64,000 nt of DNA from Octopus sinensis (GCF_006345805.1 NC_042997.1:165168001-165232000); one strand, 5' to 3'. Counted from the first letter of the stretch, positions 11,047 through 23,509 are shown. Notes: generated from the sequence alone by a model not told the origin. Made by a program: numbers and translations.

Positions 11047-11235
11047 GATATATATATATATATATATATATATACATGCATGTACATATATGTGTGTGTG
11101 TGTGTATGTATATATACATTACATATACAGAGAGAGAGAAAGAGAGCGAGAAACAGAGAGAGAGAATAATTATATATATATATATACACGCATATGTATG
11201 TGTCTGTTTGCATATATATATATATGTATGTGTGT
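11047..11235. repeat. Compound (TA)n/(GT)n/(GA)n microsatellite
   Basis: Seen directly; forms the right flank of the hammerhead array. Confidence 0.95.
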
Positions 11236-12197
11236 AGAATGTATTAAAAACATCCCAACCTCAAAACTCCATTATAAAATTCTTAAATGTAACCTACAAT
11301 TAAACAGGAAATGGTAATTCCCTCCCCCCCCCCCCTTTGTTTGAACAGCATAGTTGTACAAAATGAGAAATCTTTTAATCTTTTTATTAGTTTTTAAACT
11401 AATACTTTCCTCTCCGAAGGATGTGTATTTCTTAAAAACTCTCTCTGGGACGAACATCCAAATATAAATCTCTTTCCATTTTCAGCTTCTCTATTTTCTT
11501 TGCTTAACATATTTTTTGTGATGTTTCCATTAAATTCAAACCATCATTCTGTCCAGGTTATTTATTGTTACCAGATTACACGCCAACTGCTCTCATTATG
11601 TCTCCACACTAAATTCTTGTTGATTCTAACCAATATATATCAACGTCACTTGAAAGATATTAGAAAAAAAAAATAAGGAAAAAAGGACTCGTGACCGGGT
11701 GGTCCAACAAATCTTAGCAAATAACTCCCCCAACACCGTCTGGCCCTTATAAATTTATCATAGCATAAGATAGTAGGCTGTTGACAGGCCAAGACATATC
11801 CTTCCGGTGGAGATTATTAAATTATATTAACAGTGGCGCAATCTCAATTTTGCAGTGCAAAAGAAGTCGAAGAAAAGGGAAAACAAAATGTTAGTATATG
11901 AAGGAAGACTTTAAAAAAAAAAGGAAGAAGTGGGTGTTGAGATCTGTTTAAGAAAAAGATAAATTCTTCCGTTTGATATAGAAATGAAGTAGGAAGGAGA
12001 GTATTTCATTTCATCGGCATCAAACATCTTTAGTATATCACCGTGTAGATTTTGTTTCTAAACTATATTATTAGTATTATTATTAAAACAAAAAGCTCAA
12101 CAAATTATTTTATCTCAGACTCTTATACTTCTTTGAGTTATAACAATCAACAGGGCCGACCATACGGGTTAGCATAAGAAGAAAATAGAAAATAACG

Positions 12198-12218
12198 TAT
12201 ATATACTCTCTCTCTCTC

Positions 12219-12251
<33 letters not shown>

Positions 12252-12326
12252 ACATACACAATATACAAGCATATATATATTCATACGCATATGTATGTAT
12301 GTATATACATACATATATATATATAA

Positions 12327-12423
<97 letters not shown>

Positions 12424-12473
12424 TATGTATACATATATATAAATATATATATATGTATGTATATATATATATG

Positions 12474-12511
<38 letters not shown>

Positions 12512-12665
12512 TATATGTATATATTATATATAATATATATATATATAAGAATATATCTATATATATATGTATATATGTATACATCATTTATATATATATA
12601 TGTGTGTGTGTGTGTTTGTATGTATATATATGCATGTATATATATATACTCAGGTATGTATGTAT
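12198..12665. repeat. Compound (CT)n/(TA)n/(GT)n microsatellite
   Basis: Seen directly. Confidence 0.95.
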
Positions 12666-13049
12666 GTTCCAAATTACTTCTTTCTTCCCTAAATAAATAT
12701 CTTATGACATTTGTTTCTAATTTCTTTTGCCAACACCAGTCTCTTTTAAACTTTTCTCTATCCCTGTCTATATGACTAAACAATATAAACCCAAAAAAAG
12801 CATCTCTATTTATGAGTCGCTGTTTCATTTTTATTCTTCTTTCCTTCTATTTGTGTGTGTGTGTGGGGGGGATTTTCATATGTATGTATGCATAAGGCGG
12901 ATTGGCCTACTCATAAAAGCAACAAATAGGTTGCCTCCCGGTCATCGTTCTTGCGAGCTAAGTACAAATACTACTGAGAACATCTTTAATTTTTCATCAT
13001 TTTTCATAATCTAACAGTCCTGTAGAGGACTCAATACTTCTGCCTCTGT

Positions 13050-13070
13050 GCTTGTCTCTCTGTCTGTCTG

Positions 13071-13113
<43 letters not shown>

Positions 13114-13156
13114 ATCTATCTCTTTCTCTCTCCCTCTCTCTCTTTCTCCTTCTTTC

Positions 13157-13215
<59 letters not shown>

Positions 13216-13351
13216 TCTTTTTTGGGGTTAAATCAGGTACGTTCCGACATGGGGAGGGATAGGTCCGTCAGATCTGAAGAAGCTCAAAACACGCCGTATA
13301 TCACATGCGGCTTCCTTATTATCCCTACGACAATTGATAGTCTAAGGCAGT

Positions 13352-13384
<33 letters not shown>

Positions 13385-13462
13385 TATATTATATAATATA
13401 TATATATATATATAATATATTATATATTATATATAATATATATATATATATATATAATATAT
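13050..13462. repeat. (CT)n/(CTGT)n and (TACA)n/(TA)n microsatellites
   Basis: Seen directly; ~140 bp of non-repetitive sequence lies between them. Confidence 0.9.
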
Positions 13463-13665
13463 ACCCTTTCTTTTAACCATCAGAGTAACTTGTGACTTAA
13501 GGAAGGAAAACTTTATGTTACGCAGAACGAATGAAGCAAAGGCTAACTATAAGTCTGAAAACAAGTATGGACGTTTAGGACAAACTTATGAAAATGCTTT
13601 GGTCAGGCAAAGGAATAATGATCCTGTCGTTGGAGTGTGACTAACGGGTATTCTAGTTTTAACTA

Positions 13666-13983
13666 GCACTCTGTCGGTTACGACGACGAGTTTTCCAGTT
13701 GATCCAATCAACGGAACAGCCTGCTCGTGAAATTAAAGTGCAAGTGGCTGAGCACTCCACAAACACGCGTACCCTTACCTTAGTTCTCAGGGGGAATCAG
13801 CGGGGCACAGAATGTGACAAGACTGGCACTTTTAAATACAGATACGTCTCATTTTTGCCAGCTGAGTGGACTGGAGCAACGTGAAATAAAGTGTCTTGCT
13901 CAAGGACACAACGCGTCGCCAGGAATCGAACTCACGACCTTGCGATAGTGAACCGAATACCCCTAACCTCTAAGCTGCACAAC
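13666..13983 (-). mobile_element. tRNA-headed SINE (family C)
   Basis: Reverse strand has a B-box (GAGTTCGATTCC), then GTGTCCTTGAGCAAGACACTTTATTTCACGTTGCTCCAGTCCACTCAGCTGGCAAAAATGAG, shared with 16479 and other copies. Confidence 0.8.
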
Positions 13984-15049
13984 TTCACATTTTAGTTTTA
14001 GGTAAATGCTTACAGCCAGTTTGTTTTGCTTTGCTTTTTATTGAATTGTCTATTGTTTTTTAATTAATGTCCATCTCGTGTCCCCTAAAAATCTGCGGCA
14101 TTCTACAGCTGACATGCGCGCCACAAGCTTACCATCAGTGGACTAAATCATATAAAAAGCCTGGTAAAGGTTATCTATTTCCAAACCAATCAGCCAGCAA
14201 AGACCAATAATCAGTGTCAGTAATGGAAGAGTGTATAATGTTTCACTAGAAATCGAACATAAATTTCAAGTTTACTTTACCCGAATCTACATTGCTAATA
14301 TTAAAAGTTCGGCTCGCTTAGTATATTCTGAAATATCTAAGAGCATTCGTATTTTGCACACCGTTTATATTAACAGCTAAAGGCTCGTTTACATGGTTTG
14401 TTTGTTTGTTTGTTTCAATCTGGCATTAAAACTATATACGTATGTTAGTATTGGGTTGTTAAATAAATTCGTTTTCTTTTTTTTTTTTTTCTTTCTTCTT
14501 CTTGGTATTCCATTTTCATATGTCTGAAAAGAGGCAAAATTTATACAAATTGCAAAAAACGATAAACAAAACTTTTAGAAGAAAAATACCGCTAAAAAAA
14601 AAATACAAACAAAATTTTACGATAAAAAAAATATCACTGGAAAAGATTTAAAATAAAAATCGGGAAAGAACGAACAAATTTATCTGATGACTCAATATTA
14701 TGATGTACTGAAAATATATTGAGGAGACTATATTTCTCCTAACATAGATGATTTTAATTCTTTTATATAGCCAAAACTAAAAGTAATTCAATGTCGCCCA
14801 TTTCAATCACGACACGATGTGGATTCCTGTCGACAACGTAATTATAAACTTAATTACGTTTCCATTTTTCTTAGTTTTTTTTTTCTTCTTTTTTTTCCCG
14901 CTTCTTTTCTTGTTTTAGCATTCTCTGAATAAAATCTCTGTTAAATTCAAGGCAGCTTGAGGGAGGGGCAATATAAATTCCGTATAATGGCTTTGTTCAT
15001 TATTCTTTATTTGAAAGAATGATTTAGATGGAATATATGAACCTATAAA

Positions 15050-15093
15050 TACATATGCGTGTGTATACACACACACATATACATACATATATA

Positions 15094-15136
<43 letters not shown>

Positions 15137-15325
15137 TATGCACACATACATATATATATGAATATTTATATTCATATATGTGTGTGTGTGTGTCTGTGTG
15201 TGCATGTATGTATGCATGTATGCCTGTATATATGTATGTATATATATGTGTGTGTATGCATACATATATATGTGTGTGTGTTAGTGGTGTGTGTGTGTGG
15301 TGTGTGTGTGTGTGTGTGTGTGTGT
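15050..15325. repeat. Compound (CA)/(TA)/(GT) microsatellite
   Basis: Seen directly. Confidence 0.95.
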
Positions 15326-15528
15326 AATTGCAGAATTTACAACAGGATAAAAATGTTTTAAAAGTACTCAATACTGGAATGAGAGTAGATAAAAGACAAC
15401 GCTGAATACATTTGAGAATATATTTTCAGTGCAGTTTCATCTTTCGAATCTTCGATTCAATTTCTGGTGATGTCAAAGGTGAAAATATAGTTAATAATAT
15501 TCTTAAATTTATTCACTGTTTTGCTACA

Positions 15529-15640
15529 ATATTCGCTGTAGCCCATCTTTTATACCAAGACAAAACAATGTACATGATAACACTTCTAACCAGTTAAGAT
15601 CAAAAGCCATGAGGGCCGCTGCCTGGTACTGCATCAGGGC

Positions 15641-15677
<37 letters not shown>
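15529..15677 (+). mobile_element. 3' end of an interspersed repeat with (TTA)n tail (same family as 61545-62320)
   Basis: GCTGTAGCCCATCTTTTATACCAAGACAAAACAATGTACATGATAACACTT...GCCTGGTACTGCATCAGGGCA followed by (TTA)n; matches ~61990-62100. Confidence 0.75.
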
Positions 15678-15681
<4 letters not shown>

Positions 15682-15770
15682 CCACTGCCTGGAATCGAAC
15701 TCGGAATCTTGGGGTTAGTAGCCCGCGCTCTTAACCACTATGCCATATGCCCGTGGGCAGTGACCTGAAT
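15678..15770 (-). mobile_element. tRNA-derived SINE head fragment
   Basis: Reverse strand TGGCATAGTGGTTAAGAGCGCGGGCTAC...GAGTTCGATTCCAGGC (A and B boxes). Confidence 0.65.
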
Positions 15771-15860
15771 AACAATGATAATAATAATAATAATAATAAT
15801 AATAATATAATAATAATAATAATGATAATAATAATAATGATAATAATAATAATAATAATC

Positions 15861-15896
<36 letters not shown>

Positions 15897-15897
15897 G
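15770..15897. repeat. (TAA)n microsatellite
   Basis: Seen directly. Confidence 0.95.
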
Positions 15898-16055
15898 CAA
15901 CAACATCGAAAAATACCTTAGGAATGAGAACCCAGGTTCGAAATTTCTCCAAGACACCTGATGAATGCTGGAGGGTATATCAGCCGAAATGTTGTGTTAA
16001 CAACAAACAAGATGAGGACAAATATCCGTCAATTGTAAATAATGTAAATAATCTA
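15898..16055 (+). mobile_element. Penelope-like terminal-repeat relic with minimal hammerhead-like motif (15954-15997)
   Basis: ACAC-CTGATGA-AT-GCTGG(agggtata)TCAGC-C-GAAA-TGT-T-GTGT: stem I, canonical core, stem II and near-absent stem III. Confidence 0.55.
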
Positions 16056-16132
16056 TATCCTGTGAGACGATAAACAAAATCTGTCAAAGGGCAGAGGATC
16101 ACAAGAATGTCAATGACCGTCCAAAAATTTGT

Positions 16133-16440
16133 GAAGGTGCGTGGCCTAATGGTTGGGGTGTTGCACTCACAATCGCGGAATCGTGGTTTCGATTCCCAGA
16201 CCGGTTGTACATCCTGTTCTTGAGCAAAACCCATCGTTTCACGTTGCTCCATTTCACTCAGCTGTAAATGGGTAATCTGGGGACGGATTGCCGTACAAGG
16301 GTGAATTAGAGAGTGAGGTAAATCACCCGAACGGAGGTCAAGCGAACCACGTTCCGTATTCAGCGACTGAAAGGATGAATAGTACAACCCGCATTGTGAA
16401 TCCCGACTGGTTGAGCTCGTTGTTCAACCACGTCCAAGGA
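16133..16440 (+). mobile_element. tRNA-headed SINE (family C-related)
   Basis: GTGGCCTAATGGTTGG...GGTTTCGATTCCCAG...TTGAGCAAAAC...CACGTTGCTCCATTTCACTCAGCTGTAAATG. Confidence 0.7.
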
Positions 16441-16478
16441 TGAATAAATGAATTTACTATGTGCATGTGTGTGTGTGA

Positions 16479-16656
16479 GGGCGCGTGGCTTAGTGGTTAG
16501 GGTATTCGGCTCATGATCGTAAAGTTGTGAGTTCGATTCCCGGCGTCGTGTTGTGTCCTTGAGCAAGACACTTTATTTCACTTGCTCCAGTCCACTCAGC
16601 TGGCAAAAATGAGTAGTACCTGTATTTCAAAGGCTGGCCTTGTCGCCCTCGTCGTC

Positions 16657-16657
<1 letters not shown>
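16479..16657 (+). mobile_element. tRNA-headed SINE (family C), internally deleted
   Basis: GGCGCGTGGCTTAGTGGTTAGGG...GAGTTCGATTCCCGG...CCTTGAGCAAGACAC; jumps to the CCTCGTCGTCGTA tail. Confidence 0.8.
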
Positions 16658-16715
<58 letters not shown>

Positions 16716-16719
<4 letters not shown>

Positions 16720-17793
16720 GTTGGTGTAAAGGAAATGGCTGATATTTTTAGAAAACAGTTTCAGGCAGTATTTTATTAAAATTGAGCCTCTTGCAATAAC
16801 TTAAGAATGTCACAGTGAGTAATTTATACATTTTTCTTTCAGATTCTGGTTGTATTGACCATAACCTTTTGCTATATTCGTACTCTTGTTCGCCCTATCT
16901 AAATATCACATTAGACATGTCTTACTCTATGAGTTTCATAAAGGTGTCAATGCAAGCACAGCAGAAAAGTTTCTTCAGAGAGTTTATGTAGATAATGTAG
17001 TGAGTGAATGAAGTTGCAGGACATGGTTTTCTCGCTTCAGAAGTGGGGACGTGAATTTGAAAGACGAGCCAAAAGAAAGTCGTTCAAAACAACTTGATTC
17101 CAAAGAGTTGGAAGCTTTGTCACAGAAAATCCAACTGCTATTTCTAGAGAACTTGCAGAACAGTTTAACGTAGACTATACAACTGTTCTACGCCAAATGA
17201 AAAGGGTAGGAAAGGTTTCAATGGTTGGAAACTGGGTTGCGCATGAACTGTCTCAAGAGAATCTGTATCAGCATGCTGTTTGTTGATAGTCATTGCTTTC
17301 ACGACACCTTAAGTAACCATTTTTAGGAAGGCTTGTTACGGGTGATGAGAAGTGGATCCTTTACCATAACGTTAAATGCCACCGATCGTGAATCAGTTGA
17401 GGATGACCTGTTCAAGAACCAAGAGGGGGACTTCATCCAAAGAAAGTCATGTTGAATGTACGGTGGGATATTGCAAGAGTTGTCCATTACAAACTGTTAG
17501 ACAACAATCAAACAAATACTACTAATCTCTACTGAGATCAACTTCATCGTTTGAAAGCTGCTTTGAACAGAAAACGACTCTGCTTACTCAACAAAAAAAG
17601 TGTCATCTTCCACCACGATAATGCTCGTCTTCACATAGCTCGACTGACCAAAGATTACTTAGAAGAACTTGGCTGAGAAATATTGCTTCATCCTCCATAC
17701 TCGCCAGACCTTGCTCCTTCTGATTATCACTTGTTTCGGGGATTACAAAACCATTTGAATGGTCTTGGCTTGACATCCAGAGAAGAGGTTGAA
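16716..17793 (+). mobile_element. Decayed mariner (DD34D) element, 3'-truncated
   Basis: 5' TIR TCAGGTTGGTGTAAAGGAAATG after a TA run. Translation gives HIRHVLLYEFHKG, WFSRFRSGD, WVAHEL, LVTGDEKWILY, LHPKKVML, FHHDNARLH and HPPYSPDLAPSDYHLF, with stops and frameshifts. Confidence 0.92.
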
Positions 17794-17804
17794 ATATATA
17801 TATA

Positions 17805-17900
17805 TCTTTGCCTTTCATCCTTTTGGGGTCGATAAAATGAGTACTAGTTGAGTACAGTGGTCGATACAACCGACAATCCCTCTCCTACAGTTTCCCAAAA
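17805..17900 (+). mobile_element. SINE family A core fragment
   Basis: CTTTGCCTTTCATCCTTTTGGGGTCGATAAAATGAGTAC. Confidence 0.7.
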
Positions 17901-17969
17901 TTTCAGGTAATAAATTATACACACACACACACACATATGTATATTAATATATATCGCTCTCTCTCACTT

Positions 17970-18044
<75 letters not shown>

Positions 18045-18960
18045 CACAGGGGTTTGACAAAATAATGGAAACACCTTAAATTTTCAAACAAATTTATTTT
18101 AATATGGGATAGGCTCACCTTTGGCAGTAATTACTGCTTGAATTCTATGAGGTATGAACTCGTACAAAGTTAAAATTGTTTCCAAATGAATTGTTGTCCA
18201 TTCTTCAGCTAAAACAGTTTCCAGTTCTTGTAGTGATAAGTGATGATGGTGGAGGATATTGACTCCTTACTTGTTTCTCTAAAATGCACCATAAATCTTC
18301 AATAATATTGAGATCTGGCGACTGTGGTGGCTAGGCAAGATGTTCAACTTCATTAGAATATTCCTTGTACCATTCAGTAACAACTTTAGCTGTGTGAATT
18401 AGTGCATTATCATCCTGAAAGATTGCGTTTCCCTCCGGAGACAGTTCCGCAACCATAGGATGAATTTGATCAGATAAAATGTTTAAATAGCCTTGACTAT
18501 TAATCCTACCACGAAAAGAAACCATTAGGCCAGCGGATTTCCAAGATATAGCCACCAGATCATCACAGATCCTCCTCCATGTTTAACAGTTGGAAGAAGG
18601 CATCTGGGTCAGATGCTTCATTTGGCTATCTCCATCCGTATACTTGGCCGGTGGTCGGAAATAAGGAAGAGGATGATTCGTCCGAGAAAATAACGTTCTT
18701 CCACTGCTCTATGGACCAATTCTGTAGGTTTTTACTCCACTCTAAATGCTTTACAACGTTTGTTTTTGAAAGTAGTGGTTTTCTGGTTGCAGCCCTCCAT
18801 GAAATCTGGCTTTGTGCAACGGTTTTTGTGGAAACTGGATTCTCGAGGTGGTCATTAAGCTCTGCAGTAATTTTGTGATCCTTTCTAACAATTCGAGTAA
18901 AGAGTCCGACGGTCCCTATCTGAAAGTTTTGGTTTTCTTCAGGAGTTTTGTTTCGACGAT
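18045..18960 (-). mobile_element. Decayed Tc1-like (DD34E) element, 5'-truncated
   Basis: TIR CAGGGGTTTGACAAAATAATGGAAACACC next to TA. Minus-strand motifs IFSDESS, FRGRINSQGYLNIL, IFQDDNALIHTAK and PPQSPDLNIIEDLW (ORF 18331-18555). Confidence 0.9.
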
Positions 18961-18966
18961 GAGGTT

Positions 18967-19272
18967 TATATATATAAATACGCAGGCAAAATAGAAAATA
19001 TCAATATAATATAAGACTTATTGAATAATTAATTTACACGATAAGATACAAGGGAATAAAGATTCACAAGTTACAACACGGAGTCCAGTGGAAGGTTTGA
19101 AATTATAAAGCATTAAAAGGACATACTAATACACGAAGATAATGTTCCATCGACGGGCCGTTTCATGTTGTAACTTGTGAATCTTTATTGCCTTGTATCT
19201 TATCGTGTGAATTAATAGTTCAATAAGTCTTATATTGATGTTTTCTATTTTGCCTGCGTATTTATATATATA
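18967..19272. repeat. Long inverted repeat / foldback (~110-bp arms, ~83-bp spacer); MITE-like
   Basis: 18967-19080 is the near reverse complement of 19164-19272. Confidence 0.85.
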
Positions 19273-20190
19273 TTAAATATTTTTAAATACCTACGAGTTT
19301 TTATCTTATTTCATATCGACGTTGTTTATATCTATTTATGTATTTATATATTTTCAAAATGCCTACGTATTTTTAAATATTTTTGAATATTTGCGTAATA
19401 TTAAATATTTATATGTTTATATACTTGTATGCTTTTGATACTGTATTATCTCGAACTTTATATTGATTTATTAGTGTCGAAGAAAGTACACATATATATT
19501 GAATATTCTATTGGATAATAGGTCATGTCCCTCTAGTTTTCCGCTGGTATTGCCTCCATTCAAATTATATATATACTCAAAATAAGCAACAGGATATCAA
19601 GTAGTGATGCAGTACGACCGTTTCAAGCGGCTCCATTTAATTGAACAATATACATATATTCAAATCTATATATATATACAACTATATATATGCTTACATA
19701 CATATGTATGTGCGTGTCAAGACGACAAACATATAGCATAAGGACTTAAGTATCTCCGATTAAAATATTCGGTCTGTACATTCGCATTACTAATTGAGCA
19801 ATCATTTTCAATATATTGCGTAATTTTTTACATCTTCTCACATATTAAAACTATATTTGTACGCACGCTTACACATACACACACATATGCACATAAATAA
19901 GACCAAAGAAGGTCGAAATCATGTGATCTGGTGGTCTCAGCGCTGGAGGTGGAAAAATGCGCTCTTGTGCATTTTGCACCAAAAGACAATATGAGAGTTT
20001 CTCTCATGGTAACTACTGCTGTATAGTTTGTTCTTACAGAACATCCGCCTTTAAGTGGAGATAAATATTATCGCACAAAAAATACATTCCCTAAACTCTC
20101 ATACGATGCTTAATCGACAAGATCTCACATATAAACACTTTTATTCAGAGATATCGTCCGTAAGAAAGGAAGTTTTAAACTGATGTTAAC

Positions 20191-20342
20191 GAGGCTCAGT
20201 GGTAAGAAGTTTGTTTCTCAACCACACGGTTTCAAGTTCGTCCCACTGCGTGGAGGGTCTGAATGGTGTCATCTACTATAGCTTCAGGCCGACCAAAGTC
20301 TTGTGGATGGAGACATTGGACGGAAACTGTGTGGAAATCCAT

Positions 20343-20388
<46 letters not shown>

Positions 20389-20410
20389 TGTCTGTGTATG
20401 TGTGTGTATA

Positions 20411-20454
<44 letters not shown>

Positions 20455-20647
20455 TGTGTATGTATGTGTGTGTGTGTGTGTGTTGGCTTGTTTACGTTCC
20501 CGTAACTTAGCCATCCGGCAATAGAATAATAAGTACCAGGCTTAAAAAATGAGTACTTAGGTCGACTTATTCGACCTAAACCTTTCAAGGTGGTGCTCCA
20601 GCATGACCGCAGTCTAGTGACTAAAGAAGTAAAAGATGAATAAAAGA
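20191..20647 (+). mobile_element. tRNA-headed SINE (family B) with internal microsatellite
   Basis: Head GGTAAGAAGTTTG..CAACCAC..GTCCCACTGCGTGG..GCCGACCAAAG..GACGGAAACTG, then a (TA)(GT) tract, then tail CGTAACTTAG..GTCGACTTATTCGAC..TTCAAGGTGGTGCTCCAGCATGACCGCAGTC. Confidence 0.75.
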
Positions 20648-20861
20648 TATGCTTCGCTAATGAGGTCAGACTAATACCGAGATATATTCCAAATTAATTC
20701 TCGTAGCTTGAGAAAACAAGAAAATGGTAACCTAAAATTGTTTTTACCTCAACTCAAAATTATTTCAAATTGAGTGTCTTACATTAAATATCTAAACATT
20801 GGTTTGGCTATTGTTTTATATGTGAATGGTGTATCTGAAATATTTATCTGCTCTAAAGAGT

Positions 20862-20862
<1 letters not shown>

Positions 20863-20933
<71 letters not shown>

Positions 20934-21965
20934 GTGTGTGTGTCTGTGTGTCTGTGTGTGTATGTGTGTGTGTGTTCTTGTAATTTACTTAGCACATTTC
21001 ATTTAATACTGCGGCTAATACGATGAAAGATATGCTTTACTGGAGAGGTCATTATAAAATTGAAACATGTCCTTAATTATCTCTCGTACTTGTCGAAATA
21101 ATTAAAATAATATTAGTCATTGACTAACATAATTTTTTTTTTTTTTTGAACGCATAATTATTCCTAATAGCCTTTCTGATGTCCCTTAAGCAGTGCAGAG
21201 GGATGCTTACATTAATGTACTTGTTAACTGTGAATCTTTTGTATGCTGTGTTCTCATGTTTCTAACTTGTCCTTCGTTGAAACTGTAGTTCTCATGGGCC
21301 TGAAGTTGCTTGGAATTACTTTAGCTTTGTTGGTTTTGTTGTATAGGCGTGGCTGCATGGTAAGAAGCTGGTTTCGCAGTCACAAGGCTCCCAACTCAGT
21401 CCCTCTGCGTGGTACTTTCGGTAAGTGTCTTCAACTATAGATGGAGGCCATTTTAAGGTTAAACAATTACAACAGTAAAAAGAACTTAAGTCGTAGGATT
21501 AATATGTCGCCTGCTTTACACCACTAACTGTACTTCGAGTACGTTCACCGAAGTTTACTGTTGCACGTATCCAGTTATTCAGGCTAGATCTCTCGGTTCT
21601 GAGGATAATTATCTCTTTTTTTTTTTTTTTTTTTTTTTTGCTATTCGTGTAAGCCCTGAAGAACTACGTAGTGCCACCCTTTCATTTCTGAGTAATTCTG
21701 AAAAAGAGACAAAAAAAAAAAAGAAAAAATACGAATAAGTACACGTCACTCTACTGCTGCTGCCACCATTACTAGATCTCTTCACTCCCAGACTTCGTAC
21801 GAAACATTTAACTAATTCTTGAGACTCAAAACAACCAACCTTGTTAAATTCCCTTTTCCGCCCACGTTTACGACCAGCCGCCAACAATTCAAAACTGAAG
21901 CATTAAGCCCGTCAGCCTCGGGTAGCACATAACAATAATACAGTTTACGAAGTGCGATCTTACAT

Positions 21966-22003
<38 letters not shown>

Positions 22004-22128
22004 CAAACACACACACACACGCACACACACACACATACACACACACACACACAAACGCACAAAGATATTCAGGCTTACGCATGCACGTCTACACAAATAG
22101 AAGCATATGTATATATACATATGCATGG

Positions 22129-22178
<50 letters not shown>

Positions 22179-22203
22179 CATATATACAGATTTAATGTGT
22201 GTC

Positions 22204-22245
<42 letters not shown>

Positions 22246-22306
22246 GCATATATACAAATCATATATATACATACATATATATATATATATAATATATATA
22301 TATATA

Positions 22307-22347
<41 letters not shown>

Positions 22348-23509
22348 AATATATTATTTTGATATGTGTATGTATGTGTGTGTGTGTGTTGTGTGTGTGT
22401 GTGTGGTGTGTGTGTGTGTGTGTGGTGTGTGTGTGTGTTGTGTGTGTGTGTGTGTGTGCGTGTGTGTGTTGTCTGTGTGTCTGTGTGTGTATGTGTGTGT
22501 GGTGTGTTCTTGTAATTTACTTAGCACATTTCATTTAATACTGCGGCTAATACGATGAAAGATATGCTTTACTGGAGAGGTCATTATAAAATTGAAACAT
22601 GTCCTTAATTATCTCTCGTACTTGTCGAAATAATTAAAATAATATTAGTCATTGACTAACATAATTTTTTTTTTTTTTTTGAACGCATAATTATTCCTAA
22701 TAGCCTTTCTGATGTCCCTTTAAGCAGTGCATGAGGGATGCTTACATTTAATGTACTTGTTAACTGTGAATCTTTTGTATGCTGTGTTCTCATGTTTCTA
22801 ACTTGTCCTTCGTTGAAACTGTAGTTCTCATGGGCCTGAAGTTGCTTGGAATTACTTTAGCTTTGTTGGTTTTGTTGTATAGGCGTGGCTGCATGGTAAG
22901 AAGCTGGTTTCGCAGTCACAAGGCTCCCAACTCAGTCCCTCTGCGTGGTACTTCGGTAAGTGTCTTCAACTATAGATGGAATAGATGAGGCCATTTTAAG
23001 GTTAAACAATTACAACAGTAAAAAGAACTTAAGTCGTAGGATTAATATGTCGCCTGCTTTACACCACTAACTGTACTTCGAGTACGTTCACCGAAGTTTA
23101 CTGTTGCACGTATCCAGTTATTCAGGCTAGATCTCTCGGTTCTGAGGATAATTATCTCTTTTTTTTTTTTTTTTTTTTTTTGCTATTCGTGTAAGCCCTG
23201 AAGAACTACGTAAGTGCCACCCTTTCATTTCTGAGTAATTCCTGAAAAAGAGACAAAAAAAAAAAAGAAAAAATACGAATAAGTACACGTCACTCTACTG
23301 CTGCTGCCACCATTACTAGATCTCTTCACTCCCAGACTTCGTACGAAACATTTAACTAATTCTTGAGACTCAAAACAACCAACCTTGTTAAATTCCCTTT
23401 TCCGCCCACGTTTACGACCAGCCGCCAACAATTCAAAACTGAAGCATTAAGCCCGTCAGCCTCGGGTAGCACATAACAATAATACAGTTTACGAAGTGCG
23501 ATCTTACAT

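Larger units (their letters stand above)
5896..11052 (+). mobile_element. Tandem array of ~477-bp units (~10.8 periods, 11 hammerhead motifs); retrozyme-like / ribozyme-bearing satellite
   Basis: Period 474-477 bp (identical ORFs at 5961, 6438, 6915...). Copies differ almost only by 1-bp indels. Each unit has an intact hammerhead fold. The repeat is certain; the retrozyme interpretation is inferred. Confidence 0.85.

Noticed and set aside
5896-11052. CRISPR array, rDNA/5S/snRNA cluster or NUMT interpretation of the array
   Set aside because: Units are fully identical with no unique spacers; there are no A/B/C boxes, cloverleaf, Sm site or mitochondrial gene motifs.
13280-13325. CTGAAGAAGCTCAAAACACG as a hammerhead
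   Set aside because: No stem II and no GAAA; too degenerate to call.
19590-19935. Partial hammerhead-like words (minus GAAACGGTCGTA near 19615; plus GACC-AAAGAA-GGTC-GAAATCATGTGATC at ~19901-19930)
   Set aside because: The CUGANGA core is absent and stem I cannot be formed; at most these are decayed pLTR relics.
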